From Chitinophaga pinensis (GTDB taxonomy: Bacteria; Verrucomicrobiota; Verrucomicrobiia; Limisphaerales; JAEYXS01): a stretch of 64,000 nt of DNA. The notes under the pieces are model-generated. The model made no database searches. It had not been told where the DNA came from and saw only the letters and a list, made by a program, of their open reading frames with translations. Each line of letters starts with the position of its first letter. Position 1 is the first letter of the stretch. Positions 45,027-53,798 of this stretch are shown in pieces. The translations under genes and the position numbers were made by a program. The DNA lies in the NCBI GenBank assembly GCA_943367715.1, contig CALRJY020000023.1:23264-87263 (forward strand). The letters are read 5' to 3'.

Positions 45027-46940
45027 TTACACTGTGATTCCCATTTCTGTGAGGAAGCGTGATGGAGCCTTCGCATATCCGAAGTATCGGCCAGAAAACG
45101 TAAGTGTCAGTGCCTCTTCGGCTCGGGTTATCGCCACAAAGCAATTCCGACGCTCCTCCCTCATCTCAAAACTTTCGTCACCCTTCTTCGTGGCCGCCCA
45201 ACTCGGAAGCTGGTCCTCAACCAAACCGATGAGATAAACACGTTTGAACTCCAAGCCCTTCGAACTGTGGATGGTCAGGCAGCGAACAGCATCTTTAGGA
45301 GGCGGCGTCTCCTTCGAGCGGAGATCAAACTCTTGAAGCAGAGAGTGAAGGCTTACTTCGCTTTTGCCATACTGCTGAATCACCTCCTGCTGCAACAATT
45401 TCCAGACTTCCTTCTCTTCCTGATACTCGTCAAACGCGGTATCAACAGCAGTGGGGTGGTTCTGGAGTGCATCAATCCACGAGAAAGCGGCTTCGATGAA
45501 TGCCCAGTGGTCAACTCGCTCAAGCAGAGTGCTCTTAGTCTGTTCAAGAAATGCTCGCGTAATATCTGAAATGGTTTCCTGCCCAAGTGCAGCTTCAAGC
45601 CAGCCCCGCAAGTAGTCCCCACTTTGGAATGAAGACGATGCCACCACATCCTCCACCCTGATATTGTTTCCCTCGAGTGAGTAAAAAGCCTTGCAAACCT
45701 TTCGGAGTTGCTCCCGGTCCTGCCGTGCGTTCGCAAGTCGAAGTGCGGCGTGCAGCCAAGAAACTGGCGCACTGATGAACTGACTTTTCCGCACGGCGAT
45801 GTATGCAGGGACGCTTTGCTGCGTGCACTCGGCAATCACAGCGTCCAAAAGTTTCTTACTCCGCCCAAGAACCACACAGTCGTTCCGGCCTTCTGGCGGC
45901 GTCTGCTTCAACTCGGAAACGACCCACGAGACTTCTTGACCGAAATCATCAAAATGAAAAACCCTCAAATGCGAGTCGGTCGTTGAGATTTTATGCGCTT
46001 TGAGGGGCTCCTTACCCACAGAACGGTCAAGGTTATGTCTTATCAAATTGTTGGCCAATTCGATAACTGCGGGCGGGCAGCGGTAGTTCTCTGGTAATTG
46101 AACTGTCGCCATCGAGAAGCGTTTCAGTAGATCCTGAAGGCGTTGGGGGTTTGCACCGTTCCATTGGTAAATCAGCTGATCGTCATCAGCCACGACGAAC
46201 AAATTCGGCCTGTCCGCTGGAACAAGCGAGCAGAGGAGTCGGAATTGTGTTTCGTTGGTATCCTGAAACTCGTCGACACACACGTATCGATAGACACGCT
46301 GGAACTGTTTCGCAATTGCTGGTCGCTCTTCCAGAAGTTGAACGGCCATACCGATGAGCGAAGCAAAATCCAAGTGGTTTCCTTTGATAAGCTCAGCACG
46401 GTAAGAATTGAACAGTTGTGACAGAAATTCTTTCCGCTGATGCCCACCCAACCTCTCGGCCAGTTCTTGCGGGTTGGAACATTCTGCAAGCATCTTGTCA
46501 ATTACCGGCAATGCGTTTGCTGCTCCTGATATTGTATCTGCGACATCCTCACTGAGCATTTTCATCGCTTCGGTGGCGACTGCTTCACGGTCCGCCTGCT
46601 CGACCAAGATCGTAAAGTCTGGCCTCAGTCCAATGTGATGCCCATGCTGCCGCAGGATCTCGGCAGCGAATGAGTGGAAGGTCGTTAACAGCGCCCTGTC
46701 CTTTCCTGAGTTCAAAAGTGCCTCAAGTCGGGTTCGCATTTCCCCTGCGGCCTTGTTGGTGAACGTTACTCCAAGTACTCGGAAACGCTCGCCGTCGGTA
46801 TCGTCGAGAAGCCGTGCGATGCGATAAGTCAGCACGCGGGTCTTTCCCGAACCAGGGCCGGCCAGCACAAGCAATGGTCCCTCGTTCCATCGCACGGCTT
46901 CAAGCTGTTTCTCATTAAGCGTTGTAAGGTCGATACTCAT
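45027..46940 (-). CDS. gajB: UvrD/PcrA-like SF1 helicase, Gabija GajB
   Basis: VLAGPGSGKTRVLTYRIA (Walker A), TFTNKAAGEM and VCVDEFQDTN. The start overlaps the stop of the OLD-family gene by 4 nt. Confidence 0.8.
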   Translation of the reverse strand: MSIDLTTLNEKQLEAVRWNEGPLLVLAGPGSGKTRVLTYRIARLLDDTDGERFRVLGVTFTNKAAGEMRTRLEALLNSGKDRALLTTFHSFAAEILRQHGHHIGLRPDFTILVEQADREAVATEAMKMLSEDVADTISGAANALPVIDKMLAECSNPQELAERLGGHQRKEFLSQLFNSYRAELIKGNHLDFASLIGMAVQLLEERPAIAKQFQRVYRYVCVDEFQDTNETQFRLLCSLVPADRPNLFVVADDDQLIYQWNGANPQRLQDLLKRFSMATVQLPENYRCPPAVIELANNLIRHNLDRSVGKEPLKAHKISTTDSHLRVFHFDDFGQEVSWVVSELKQTPPEGRNDCVVLGRSKKLLDAVIAECTQQSVPAYIAVRKSQFISAPVSWLHAALRLANARQDREQLRKVCKAFYSLEGNNIRVEDVVASSSFQSGDYLRGWLEAALGQETISDITRAFLEQTKSTLLERVDHWAFIEAAFSWIDALQNHPTAVDTAFDEYQEEKEVWKLLQQEVIQQYGKSEVSLHSLLQEFDLRSKETPPPKDAVRCLTIHSSKGLEFKRVYLIGLVEDQLPSWAATKKGDESFEMREERRNCFVAITRAEEALTLTFSGRYFGYAKAPSRFLTEMGITV

Positions 46941-48685
46941 AGTCGCGCGTTATTTACGGCAGTGGAGATCACGGTTTGAATTTCCGGGGGCAAGCCAGGG
47001 GAACCCTGCTGTCCAGCTGCTTCTATGACCGCAACTGCAAGGTGCGGCTTTGAGGTGCGCTTTATTGCTCGCTTTATGGTCTGGGCAATTGGGTCCGGCG
47101 GTGGTGGAGGCGTCTCCCATAGGCAAGGCTGCCCGTTCGCACATTGTTTCGGCGGTGGAGGCGTTTGCTGAGGAGCATTACCGGCAGCAGTAGTGTAAAC
47201 CTGACTGTATCCATGGTGCCAAAAACTGTGCTCAATATCCTTCTGTGGAAGGACTGAGATTCGCCGAGCTTCCAGCACACCACCCAAAAAGGTGCGAGCG
47301 GTCGCCGCATACCCGATTCCTGCTGTGTCGCCGTCTGCAAGAACGTGCCATTCAATGCCAAGGTCTATCGCGAGCTTGATAAGCGTCGGCAGTCCGCACT
47401 GAGCAAACTCAACACAGCACACGCCTTCCAATTCGAAATCCGTGCCAAGTAATCTTGCGGCTTCAGGTAGAATCCAAAACTCACTCTCTCCTTCCACAAG
47501 TAGCCACGATTTGGCGAAGAGGAGATTCCCGCGCTTGGCGCGAACGTGGTATGCAATCTTGCGTTCGTCATCAGCCGTGAGGGTTCCCGTTTTCACTTGG
47601 AACAATTCAACCTTCCCGGCTTTACGAGCGAGGCGGCGAACCGAACTCAGCGGGACAGCGGCGAGTAATTCACCAGAATGTGTCGCGATAATCTTTTGGC
47701 CCTTGATTGAGTTCAACACCCTCCACAAAGAACGCACAGCCGACGGGTGTAGATGCGACTCTGGTTCTTCAATCGCGAGGAGTGGTTCGGAATCCGGGTC
47801 GTATGCTTCGGCCAGCCGCGCATTGAGAAACGCTTGAAAAAGGAATAAGACGGAAAGACTTTGGGTTCCAGCGCCATGCTGGGTGATCGGCAACTTTGCT
47901 CCGCTTTTCGCTGCAAGCTTCACTTGCGTCTTACTGAGCATGTCGAAAATGCGTGCGGGAATGGCCTCAACACTTACGAGGTCAGCCGCAGCCAAAGGAA
48001 CCAGACCACCAGCCTTCGCCACTTGCGTTTTCACCTCGTTAAACGGCGTATGTGAGTCGAGGACAGATTGATTGATTGCTTCAATCTGCTCTTCCAGTTG
48101 GACACGGGTTGCGTCATCGATCTGCGGATTCTTCGTAAACGGCCCCCAAAACGGGGAACGACTTTGGAAATGCTGGCCAGCATCCCTGACCGCCGCCAAA
48201 AAAAACGCGGGATTCAGTTGTTGAAGCTCAGCAACGATTCGCGGGTTCTTTGCCGTAGTAAGTTCGGCGTTATTGAGGTCACGAAACGACCATTCCAAGG
48301 TAAAATCCTTGATCATCGGGTCATATGAGGCAACGACGTGAAACCGTACTTCCTGTCTGTTATCAGCTCGAACCTGCACCGCTCTTTCAAGGCCCTGCAC
48401 GATTGCATCCGGCCATTCGCTTTCAACCGATTCGACAAAGGTAAAGTCTATTTCTATGGGTGGTGCAGAACTCGGGTCTGGCTTGGCTGCCGTAAGGTGG
48501 AAGTCATACTCCCCGAAAGGCACGACCTTGCGTGACAAGTTTCGGCTTAAGCAGGTGTGAACAGCTTCCAAGACACTGGTCTTGCCGGTATTGTTTTCGC
48601 CGATCAGAACGGTGCACTGTTCCAAAGGGATTGTAAGCTCGTCGATTCCTCGAAAGTTCTTGATGGAGAGTTTGGTCAGTAACAT
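46937..48685 (-). CDS. gajA: OLD-family ATPase-TOPRIM nuclease, Gabija GajA
   Basis: ABC-ATPase N-terminus LSIKNFRGIDELTIPLEQCTVLIGENNTGKTSVLEAV, signature/Walker B LLAIEEPESHLHP, and C-terminal TOPRIM LLVEGESEFWIL...WHVLADGDTAG. The OLD + UvrD pairing defines the class-2 OLD/Gabija arrangement. Confidence 0.85.
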   Translation of the reverse strand: MLLTKLSIKNFRGIDELTIPLEQCTVLIGENNTGKTSVLEAVHTCLSRNLSRKVVPFGEYDFHLTAAKPDPSSAPPIEIDFTFVESVESEWPDAIVQGLERAVQVRADNRQEVRFHVVASYDPMIKDFTLEWSFRDLNNAELTTAKNPRIVAELQQLNPAFFLAAVRDAGQHFQSRSPFWGPFTKNPQIDDATRVQLEEQIEAINQSVLDSHTPFNEVKTQVAKAGGLVPLAAADLVSVEAIPARIFDMLSKTQVKLAAKSGAKLPITQHGAGTQSLSVLFLFQAFLNARLAEAYDPDSEPLLAIEEPESHLHPSAVRSLWRVLNSIKGQKIIATHSGELLAAVPLSSVRRLARKAGKVELFQVKTGTLTADDERKIAYHVRAKRGNLLFAKSWLLVEGESEFWILPEAARLLGTDFELEGVCCVEFAQCGLPTLIKLAIDLGIEWHVLADGDTAGIGYAATARTFLGGVLEARRISVLPQKDIEHSFWHHGYSQVYTTAAGNAPQQTPPPPKQCANGQPCLWETPPPPPDPIAQTIKRAIKRTSKPHLAVAVIEAAGQQGSPGLPPEIQTVISTAVNNARL

Positions 48686-48739
48686 GGCGGTTAGGTCTCA
48701 AGTGTTACGCTCCCCGCGCAGCAGGGTGGCGGGGCATTG

Positions 48740-49105
48740 TTAATCAAGGCCAACATACTTTTTGGCGGCGGCTTCGAGCAAGGCATTGATGACTGCCACG
48801 CTGGTTGAAAGGCCCTTTTCCTCAGCTTGGGCCATTACCTTCTTCCACAGCGTATCGTTCTTTGCTTTGGATAAAAACTCCTGCCCCGCCCAAGTCATGC
48901 GGTAGACCACACAGGCCACCGGCTCGTTTCTACTACCAGTCTGGATTAGGCCATCAAGGAAATCGGCATCCAACAGCAGTTGGACATGTTCCAGTATCTC
49001 CACCTGCTCCTTGCCCTCGTATTCAAACCCATCAATAGCTTGGCCCGCCGGCGTCGCTTCCACATCCATTAGGATGTTACGGATGAGATCAAGGTCGCGC
49101 TTCAT
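48740..49105 (-). CDS. DUF2513 (winged-helix-like) protein
   Basis: MKRDLDLIRNILMDVEA... is the typical DUF2513 N-terminus. 121 aa, 54 nt upstream of gajA. Confidence 0.7.
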   Translation of the reverse strand: MKRDLDLIRNILMDVEATPAGQAIDGFEYEGKEQVEILEHVQLLLDADFLDGLIQTGSRNEPVACVVYRMTWAGQEFLSKAKNDTLWKKVMAQAEEKGLSTSVAVINALLEAAAKKYVGLD

Positions 49106-49134
49106 GATTGAGATTACGATAGTCTCTTGAGAGG

Positions 49135-49307
49135 TGTTCCTGTCCGCTCATCATCGGTACATATGTGCATGTGACAGGGGATTCTCCATTCATCGGTGCA
49201 GGTACACAGACCTCCCTCGGTTTCCCCCAAAGAACCCACCGCTTAAGGCCAACGGTGAACTCGTGCCGTGATTTAATCCAAACCTAGCCCCGTTGCAACC
49301 CTAATGA
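49135..49307 (-). repeat. Copy 2 of the ~175-bp repeat (upstream of DUF2513-gajAB)
   Basis: See copy 1. The shared core includes GGTACACAGACCTCCCTCGG and CCCCGTTGCAACCCTAATGA. Confidence 0.85.
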
Positions 49308-49640
49308 GCGGCCGGGTTCTCGGCTCGAAGATGCGGCTATCAGAATAGATCGGCTTCGTCGCCTCATCCGCCACCGTGCGCTGGATGTCGTAGATGGAAA
49401 TGTAATCACCGAAGACCGCCCGCGTGTTCGCGTCCGTCTTCTCGATCGGCGTGCCGGTGAAGCCGATGAACGACGCATTCGGCAAGGCATCGCGCAGGTT
49501 CTGGCGAAGCCGTAGGACATCTCGCCGGTCTTCTCATTCACCTTGCCGCCGAATCCATACTGGCTGCGGTGCGCTTCATACGCGATCACGACAATGTTCT
49601 GCCGCCCGCTCAGCTCGGGCATCGCTCTCAGCGCAATGTT
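49308..49640 (-). pseudogene. Internal fragment of a second hsdR (frameshifted, truncated at both ends)
   Basis: Two overlapping frames read [20 protein letters not shown]... and [47 protein letters not shown], which are HsdR helicase motifs II-III. The reading frame is lost on entering repeat copy 2. Confidence 0.75.
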
Positions 49641-49646
49641 ATGAAT

Positions 49647-52600
49647 TCATAATGCTGTGACAGACCACGCCCGAAGACCTTCATAACTAAATCCAAGGTA
49701 AAAAGAAACGCGCCTGTTCTCATCACGCCCAAGAGCCATGCCAGCGACAGCCGGAGCGAAAAATGCCTTAACACCCCACCTCAGTTCAATTTCTCCTGAT
49801 TGTGGGGCGTGGATTCGACTCACAACCCCTTCGATTCGAAGAAGGGGCTTAGTATCTAGCCAAAATCCCGTCGAGTCATCCCATCCTCCCAGTTGGTCTT
49901 GATGAACAAGCCGGCGTAGTCCTTGCCCGCCTCCGAGCCACTCGAAACTTCGCGTGCGATCGCGTCGGAACCCTGCTTTCGCTTTGCAAATTTCGATGTT
50001 CCGCTGAGCATCATTCGCAGCAATTGCAGAACCGTCGAGCGCCTCAAGCATCTTTAGAACATATAGATAGTAGCTTGCGTCGAGGGAGTCCCCTCGCGTC
50101 CGCCACGTGGCGACCCGATCCGCCGCCAATGCTAGTGTTGGCGGCGGAAAGAGGAATCGAGCTCCTTGCAACCAAAGTCGTATGTTTCGGTCTTCATTCG
50201 GCTCCTGTTGGATATTCTCCTCTAGGAGAGTCAGCGATCGCTGAAGATGCTTCGGTGACAGTTTTTGCCATTGCCGCTCACACCTTGCAAGTTGTAGCCA
50301 GACAATCTGCCGCCGGATGGGTGGCGCATGCACTAGTGACTGGCCATTTGCTCCCTTCCGCTGCAACAACTGGTCCCAAAGTTGCAGAGCCTGATCGTGA
50401 GCACCATAAAGAACATTCAACTCAGCACGGCATTTGTCTTCATGCTCGCTTGGCGGTTCGCCGCGGCGCTGTTCTCGCACGGTTCCAAGTAGGTTTTCGA
50501 TTCTTTCGAAGCCTTCCATTAACCAAGGGTCGGTGTTTTCCTTTGCCAGAACCAATACAGCATCCTGCCCACTTCGGGCATAGTCCAACACACGAAGCAT
50601 AGTCTGCGCCTCTGCGATGTAACCATACTCGTCATCGGGCGCTAAACGTCGTGCTTCGCCAAAGCTCTCGGTCGCACGTTTTGCTGCGGCTACGACTGTG
50701 CTGACGGACTCCTTCTCGCCGATCATCTGGAAAGCGAGGTTTCTAAGCGCCATGCCCTTCATGTGATGGAGCACATGATCATCCTCGCTCAGACTAATTG
50801 CCTGATTGATCGCTTTCTCAGCACTTCCGAAATCCTTTCTCTCTATTGAGTGATAACGACCCAAGTGGGCCCAGAAATGCGGGTTCTCTGGGAAGACCTC
50901 GACCAAATGCTCAAACAGCCTCAATTTCGCATCAGTGGTTGGGAGATCACTGACCAAGCGGGAGAAACGGTTCTCGCCGGCAGCCGCACCACTCAACAAC
51001 TCAGCATCGTTGCGGCGAACGCATACTTGTTCGATGACGCCTTGCAAATCTTCAGGTGGGACAGGCTCATTAGTGCGACAGAAATCCACGAACTGCCGCG
51101 CTAAATCACTAAGTTGCATCTTCCAAAGACGTTTGTCGCTGCTTTCGGTGCTCAATGTCAGCTCAAGAATCTCAGTGCTCACAAGTTGGTGGACTGGCCT
51201 CCAGCAACCGCCGCCTTGTTCTATCAGTAGCCCGCGAGCTTCGTTGCAGAGAACCTTGCCAAAGTCCACTGGCCGAGTCGGCGGCAACTGAAGGTGCTCA
51301 GCAAAATGGGCCGCCGCCAAAGCCTGTTGACCGTAGTCATACGAGAGAGCCAAAAACTGCAGAACCCTGATTTGAGGAGCAGGCAGCTGTGAAAGATGGT
51401 TTTGCACATAAGACGTCAAACCAGTGAATTCGGCAGCAAAAGCCGTAAGTCCAAAGAGGAAAGGAGTCCGTGTAGAAGTCGGGACCGCTGCTAGCAGTGC
51501 GAGTTGATGTTTGCGAGTTGGTGCTTCTCTCTCATAGGAAGCGCGGAACCGTTCGGTCTCCGCAGTGGAGAGCTGTGCTCGCAGAAAGATACTGCGTTTA
51601 CCAGCATTAGGAGGTTGGTAGCGGCGCAAAACTTGGAGCAAAACACAAGGGACATGTTTGCTGGCTAAGAGGTTTGCCAACTGGTCTGCTTCGTTCTCCG
51701 GCACGTCACTGCCTTCTCGGAGAACCAAGACTGCTTGCCCCGTTAGCTGGTAAACAAAAGCAATCCGCTCCACGGTTTCGCGAGCCGAACATCGACGAAG
51801 GACTACGGTTGGATAACGCTGATGCAAAACCCAGAGAATACGGCGCGCAATCGTAGAGCCACCCGCACCAGGTTCGTGATAGAGGTTGATACGAGTTGAT
51901 CCACGTTGTCCAAGGTCTTGCTCAACCATGCGCAGCAGTTCAGCGGTCTTTTCCCGCTCGACATCAGCTTGCAACCCCAGATCAAACCAACTGATTTGAC
52001 CTCCGCGAAGAAAGTCTCGCATTGGATCAATCCCCGCAGGGGCACGTGTCCCAGCACTGATATGGACCAGTTCTAAATCTTCATCAAGGTATGCAAAGTT
52101 CTCTCCTGAAATGTCTTTTGGAACACCGCCAACACCCGGCAACTGAACAACATTCTCAATCCCCATCTGAGCTGCGCGAGCTTGAGCGGCCAGCCCATCA
52201 AGGAAATTGCCAATACTCATCGGGAACAGGGTTGCCAATTCCTGCTGCTCCAGCGTGTTCCATTGGTCTGCCGCCCCCGAAACCGCCACACAAGTGGCAC
52301 GCTCACCGAAATTGGTTACAAGATCTTCAAATAGTTTCCGCACAATCAATACGCGGTTGGGACTTTCGCATAAGGCCAAAATCGAGACTGGGCCATTGCA
52401 CCCACCAGCAAGTTGTTCAATTTTCAGTGCTGTCGGTTTGCCATACTTCGCGACCCAATCCTTAAACTTGAGTTCTGATACCAAGTCAGCGGCAACTTGT
52501 TGCCCATTCGCGAAATACCAAGAGGTTGTCCTGCCGACGTCGCCAAGCATCTTCCCTTCCGGGGTAACGACATGCAACGCCCGCCGCCCGGAAAGGTGTT

Positions 52601-53348
52601 CGCGAAAATGCTTGAGTGCACCAGATATCTGACTAGCTGGGTCTAGATCGATAACCATGCTCCAATCAATAGCTGTCAAGTTCGCTAGATCTGCTTTCTT
52701 GGCAGTTTCATCGAGCGCTAGAATGAGAACGTGGTGGCAGTTGCGGCTAGCCAACTGAGTAAGTTCCACAATCTGAGTCCACGCCTGTTCGGGAGGGAAC
52801 TGTAGAGGTTGGAGCGACTGACCTTGCTGGAACCATTTCCAGATAGCGGACTGCTCGCCTGGGCCGGCCTCTTCGTTGCTCGAATCTCGACGACAATATA
52901 AAGCGTGTTTTCTCAAAAGGGGCTTCACTGTTCCATCCGCTCCGCCCACGTCTTTGCTTGCAAAAAAAGGCCCGATTGATCTGTCGGGAGGAATTACTAT
53001 CACCCCGTATTGCAGGCCGTTAAGTTCTGCCTGGTCATAGTGAAAACGAGGACACGGATGAATTAGCCCGTCAAGTGCTTGGATAAGATATACCCCGTCG
53101 AGGTGCTCTGAAACACCAGGCGCATGTATCTTCCCATCCGGCAAGCGCTGAACCCCGATTACAATGTATCGAGGCTCATCACGCCACAGGTTGGCGAACG
53201 CCAAAATATCCTTCGCAAACTTCGCCCGCTTTCGCTCTTTCGTTTTAGAATCGTCTCCAGGTTCGCCCAAGTCGTAAGGCTGCAATTTGAAATCGAGCAC
53301 ATCAGACTCACAACGCTCAAGCAATTGGGACAGTGTTTCTGGATTCAT
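49647..53348 (-). CDS. 1233-aa AlbA_2/Schlafen-like N-terminal domain - STAND-like NTPase module - C-terminal TPR-like repeats
   Basis: The N-terminus ESDVLDFKLQPYDLG...FAKDILAFANLWRDEPRYIVIGV resembles the AlbA_2 (Schlafen-type) domain. The central RINLYHEPGAGGSTIARRILW is a P-loop-like segment without the Walker A lysine. The C-terminal third has TPR-like helical repeats (FWAHLGRYHSIERKDFGSAEKAINQAISL...). Confidence 0.75.
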   Translation of the reverse strand: MNPETLSQLLERCESDVLDFKLQPYDLGEPGDDSKTKERKRAKFAKDILAFANLWRDEPRYIVIGVQRLPDGKIHAPGVSEHLDGVYLIQALDGLIHPCPRFHYDQAELNGLQYGVIVIPPDRSIGPFFASKDVGGADGTVKPLLRKHALYCRRDSSNEEAGPGEQSAIWKWFQQGQSLQPLQFPPEQAWTQIVELTQLASRNCHHVLILALDETAKKADLANLTAIDWSMVIDLDPASQISGALKHFREHLSGRRALHVVTPEGKMLGDVGRTTSWYFANGQQVAADLVSELKFKDWVAKYGKPTALKIEQLAGGCNGPVSILALCESPNRVLIVRKLFEDLVTNFGERATCVAVSGAADQWNTLEQQELATLFPMSIGNFLDGLAAQARAAQMGIENVVQLPGVGGVPKDISGENFAYLDEDLELVHISAGTRAPAGIDPMRDFLRGGQISWFDLGLQADVEREKTAELLRMVEQDLGQRGSTRINLYHEPGAGGSTIARRILWVLHQRYPTVVLRRCSARETVERIAFVYQLTGQAVLVLREGSDVPENEADQLANLLASKHVPCVLLQVLRRYQPPNAGKRSIFLRAQLSTAETERFRASYEREAPTRKHQLALLAAVPTSTRTPFLFGLTAFAAEFTGLTSYVQNHLSQLPAPQIRVLQFLALSYDYGQQALAAAHFAEHLQLPPTRPVDFGKVLCNEARGLLIEQGGGCWRPVHQLVSTEILELTLSTESSDKRLWKMQLSDLARQFVDFCRTNEPVPPEDLQGVIEQVCVRRNDAELLSGAAAGENRFSRLVSDLPTTDAKLRLFEHLVEVFPENPHFWAHLGRYHSIERKDFGSAEKAINQAISLSEDDHVLHHMKGMALRNLAFQMIGEKESVSTVVAAAKRATESFGEARRLAPDDEYGYIAEAQTMLRVLDYARSGQDAVLVLAKENTDPWLMEGFERIENLLGTVREQRRGEPPSEHEDKCRAELNVLYGAHDQALQLWDQLLQRKGANGQSLVHAPPIRRQIVWLQLARCERQWQKLSPKHLQRSLTLLEENIQQEPNEDRNIRLWLQGARFLFPPPTLALAADRVATWRTRGDSLDASYYLYVLKMLEALDGSAIAANDAQRNIEICKAKAGFRRDRTRSFEWLGGGQGLRRLVHQDQLGGWDDSTGFWLDTKPLLRIEGVVSRIHAPQSGEIELRWGVKAFFAPAVAGMALGRDENRRVSFYLGFSYEGLRAWSVTAL

Positions 53349-53369
53349 AGGGTTTAATTCAAAGTGTGT

Positions 53370-53654
53370 TTATATACGGGGGCGCGGTCAATGAGCGTGC
53401 CAATTTTCCGGGCGTCGATGAAGAGGGTCTGCTGGCGGCGGTCGCGGAAGCCGCGTTTGGCGGCGGCGGCTTTGTTCGTCTTTGCGGAACCAGTTGGAGT
53501 CTTTGAAGGGCGGGTAAGCAAGGAAGTGGTCGGTGTGCTGATCTGGATTAAGGTTGCGCTGCGTGTGCGCCATCAGCCAGTGCTTGGCTTCAAAGCCAAA
53601 ATTGGCGGGTTCAATGCCTGCTGTTTTACGTCCCATAGCGGTAAAGCTTTCCAA
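53370..53654 (-). pseudogene. Relic hsdM (N-terminal ~50 codons joined, out of frame, to a C-terminal piece)
   Basis: One frame reads GIEPANFGFEAKHWLMAHTQRNLNPDQHTDHFL (HsdM_N-like, degenerate). Another frame reads RDRRQQTLFIDARKIGTLIDR, which is the conserved HsdM C-terminal block (vLFIDArk.gt..dR). Confidence 0.55.
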
Positions 53655-53798
53655 GCTAAATAGCTATTTCAGCTTGCAACAACAAGCCTCCATTTTCTAA
53701 AGAGTGGCAAATCCACCCTCATGTCCGTTGTGGTCAACGCGGTTTGCCAGCAAGCAATAGTTTGGCAGACAGATCAAGGCCGGGTTGCTCAATCTGAG

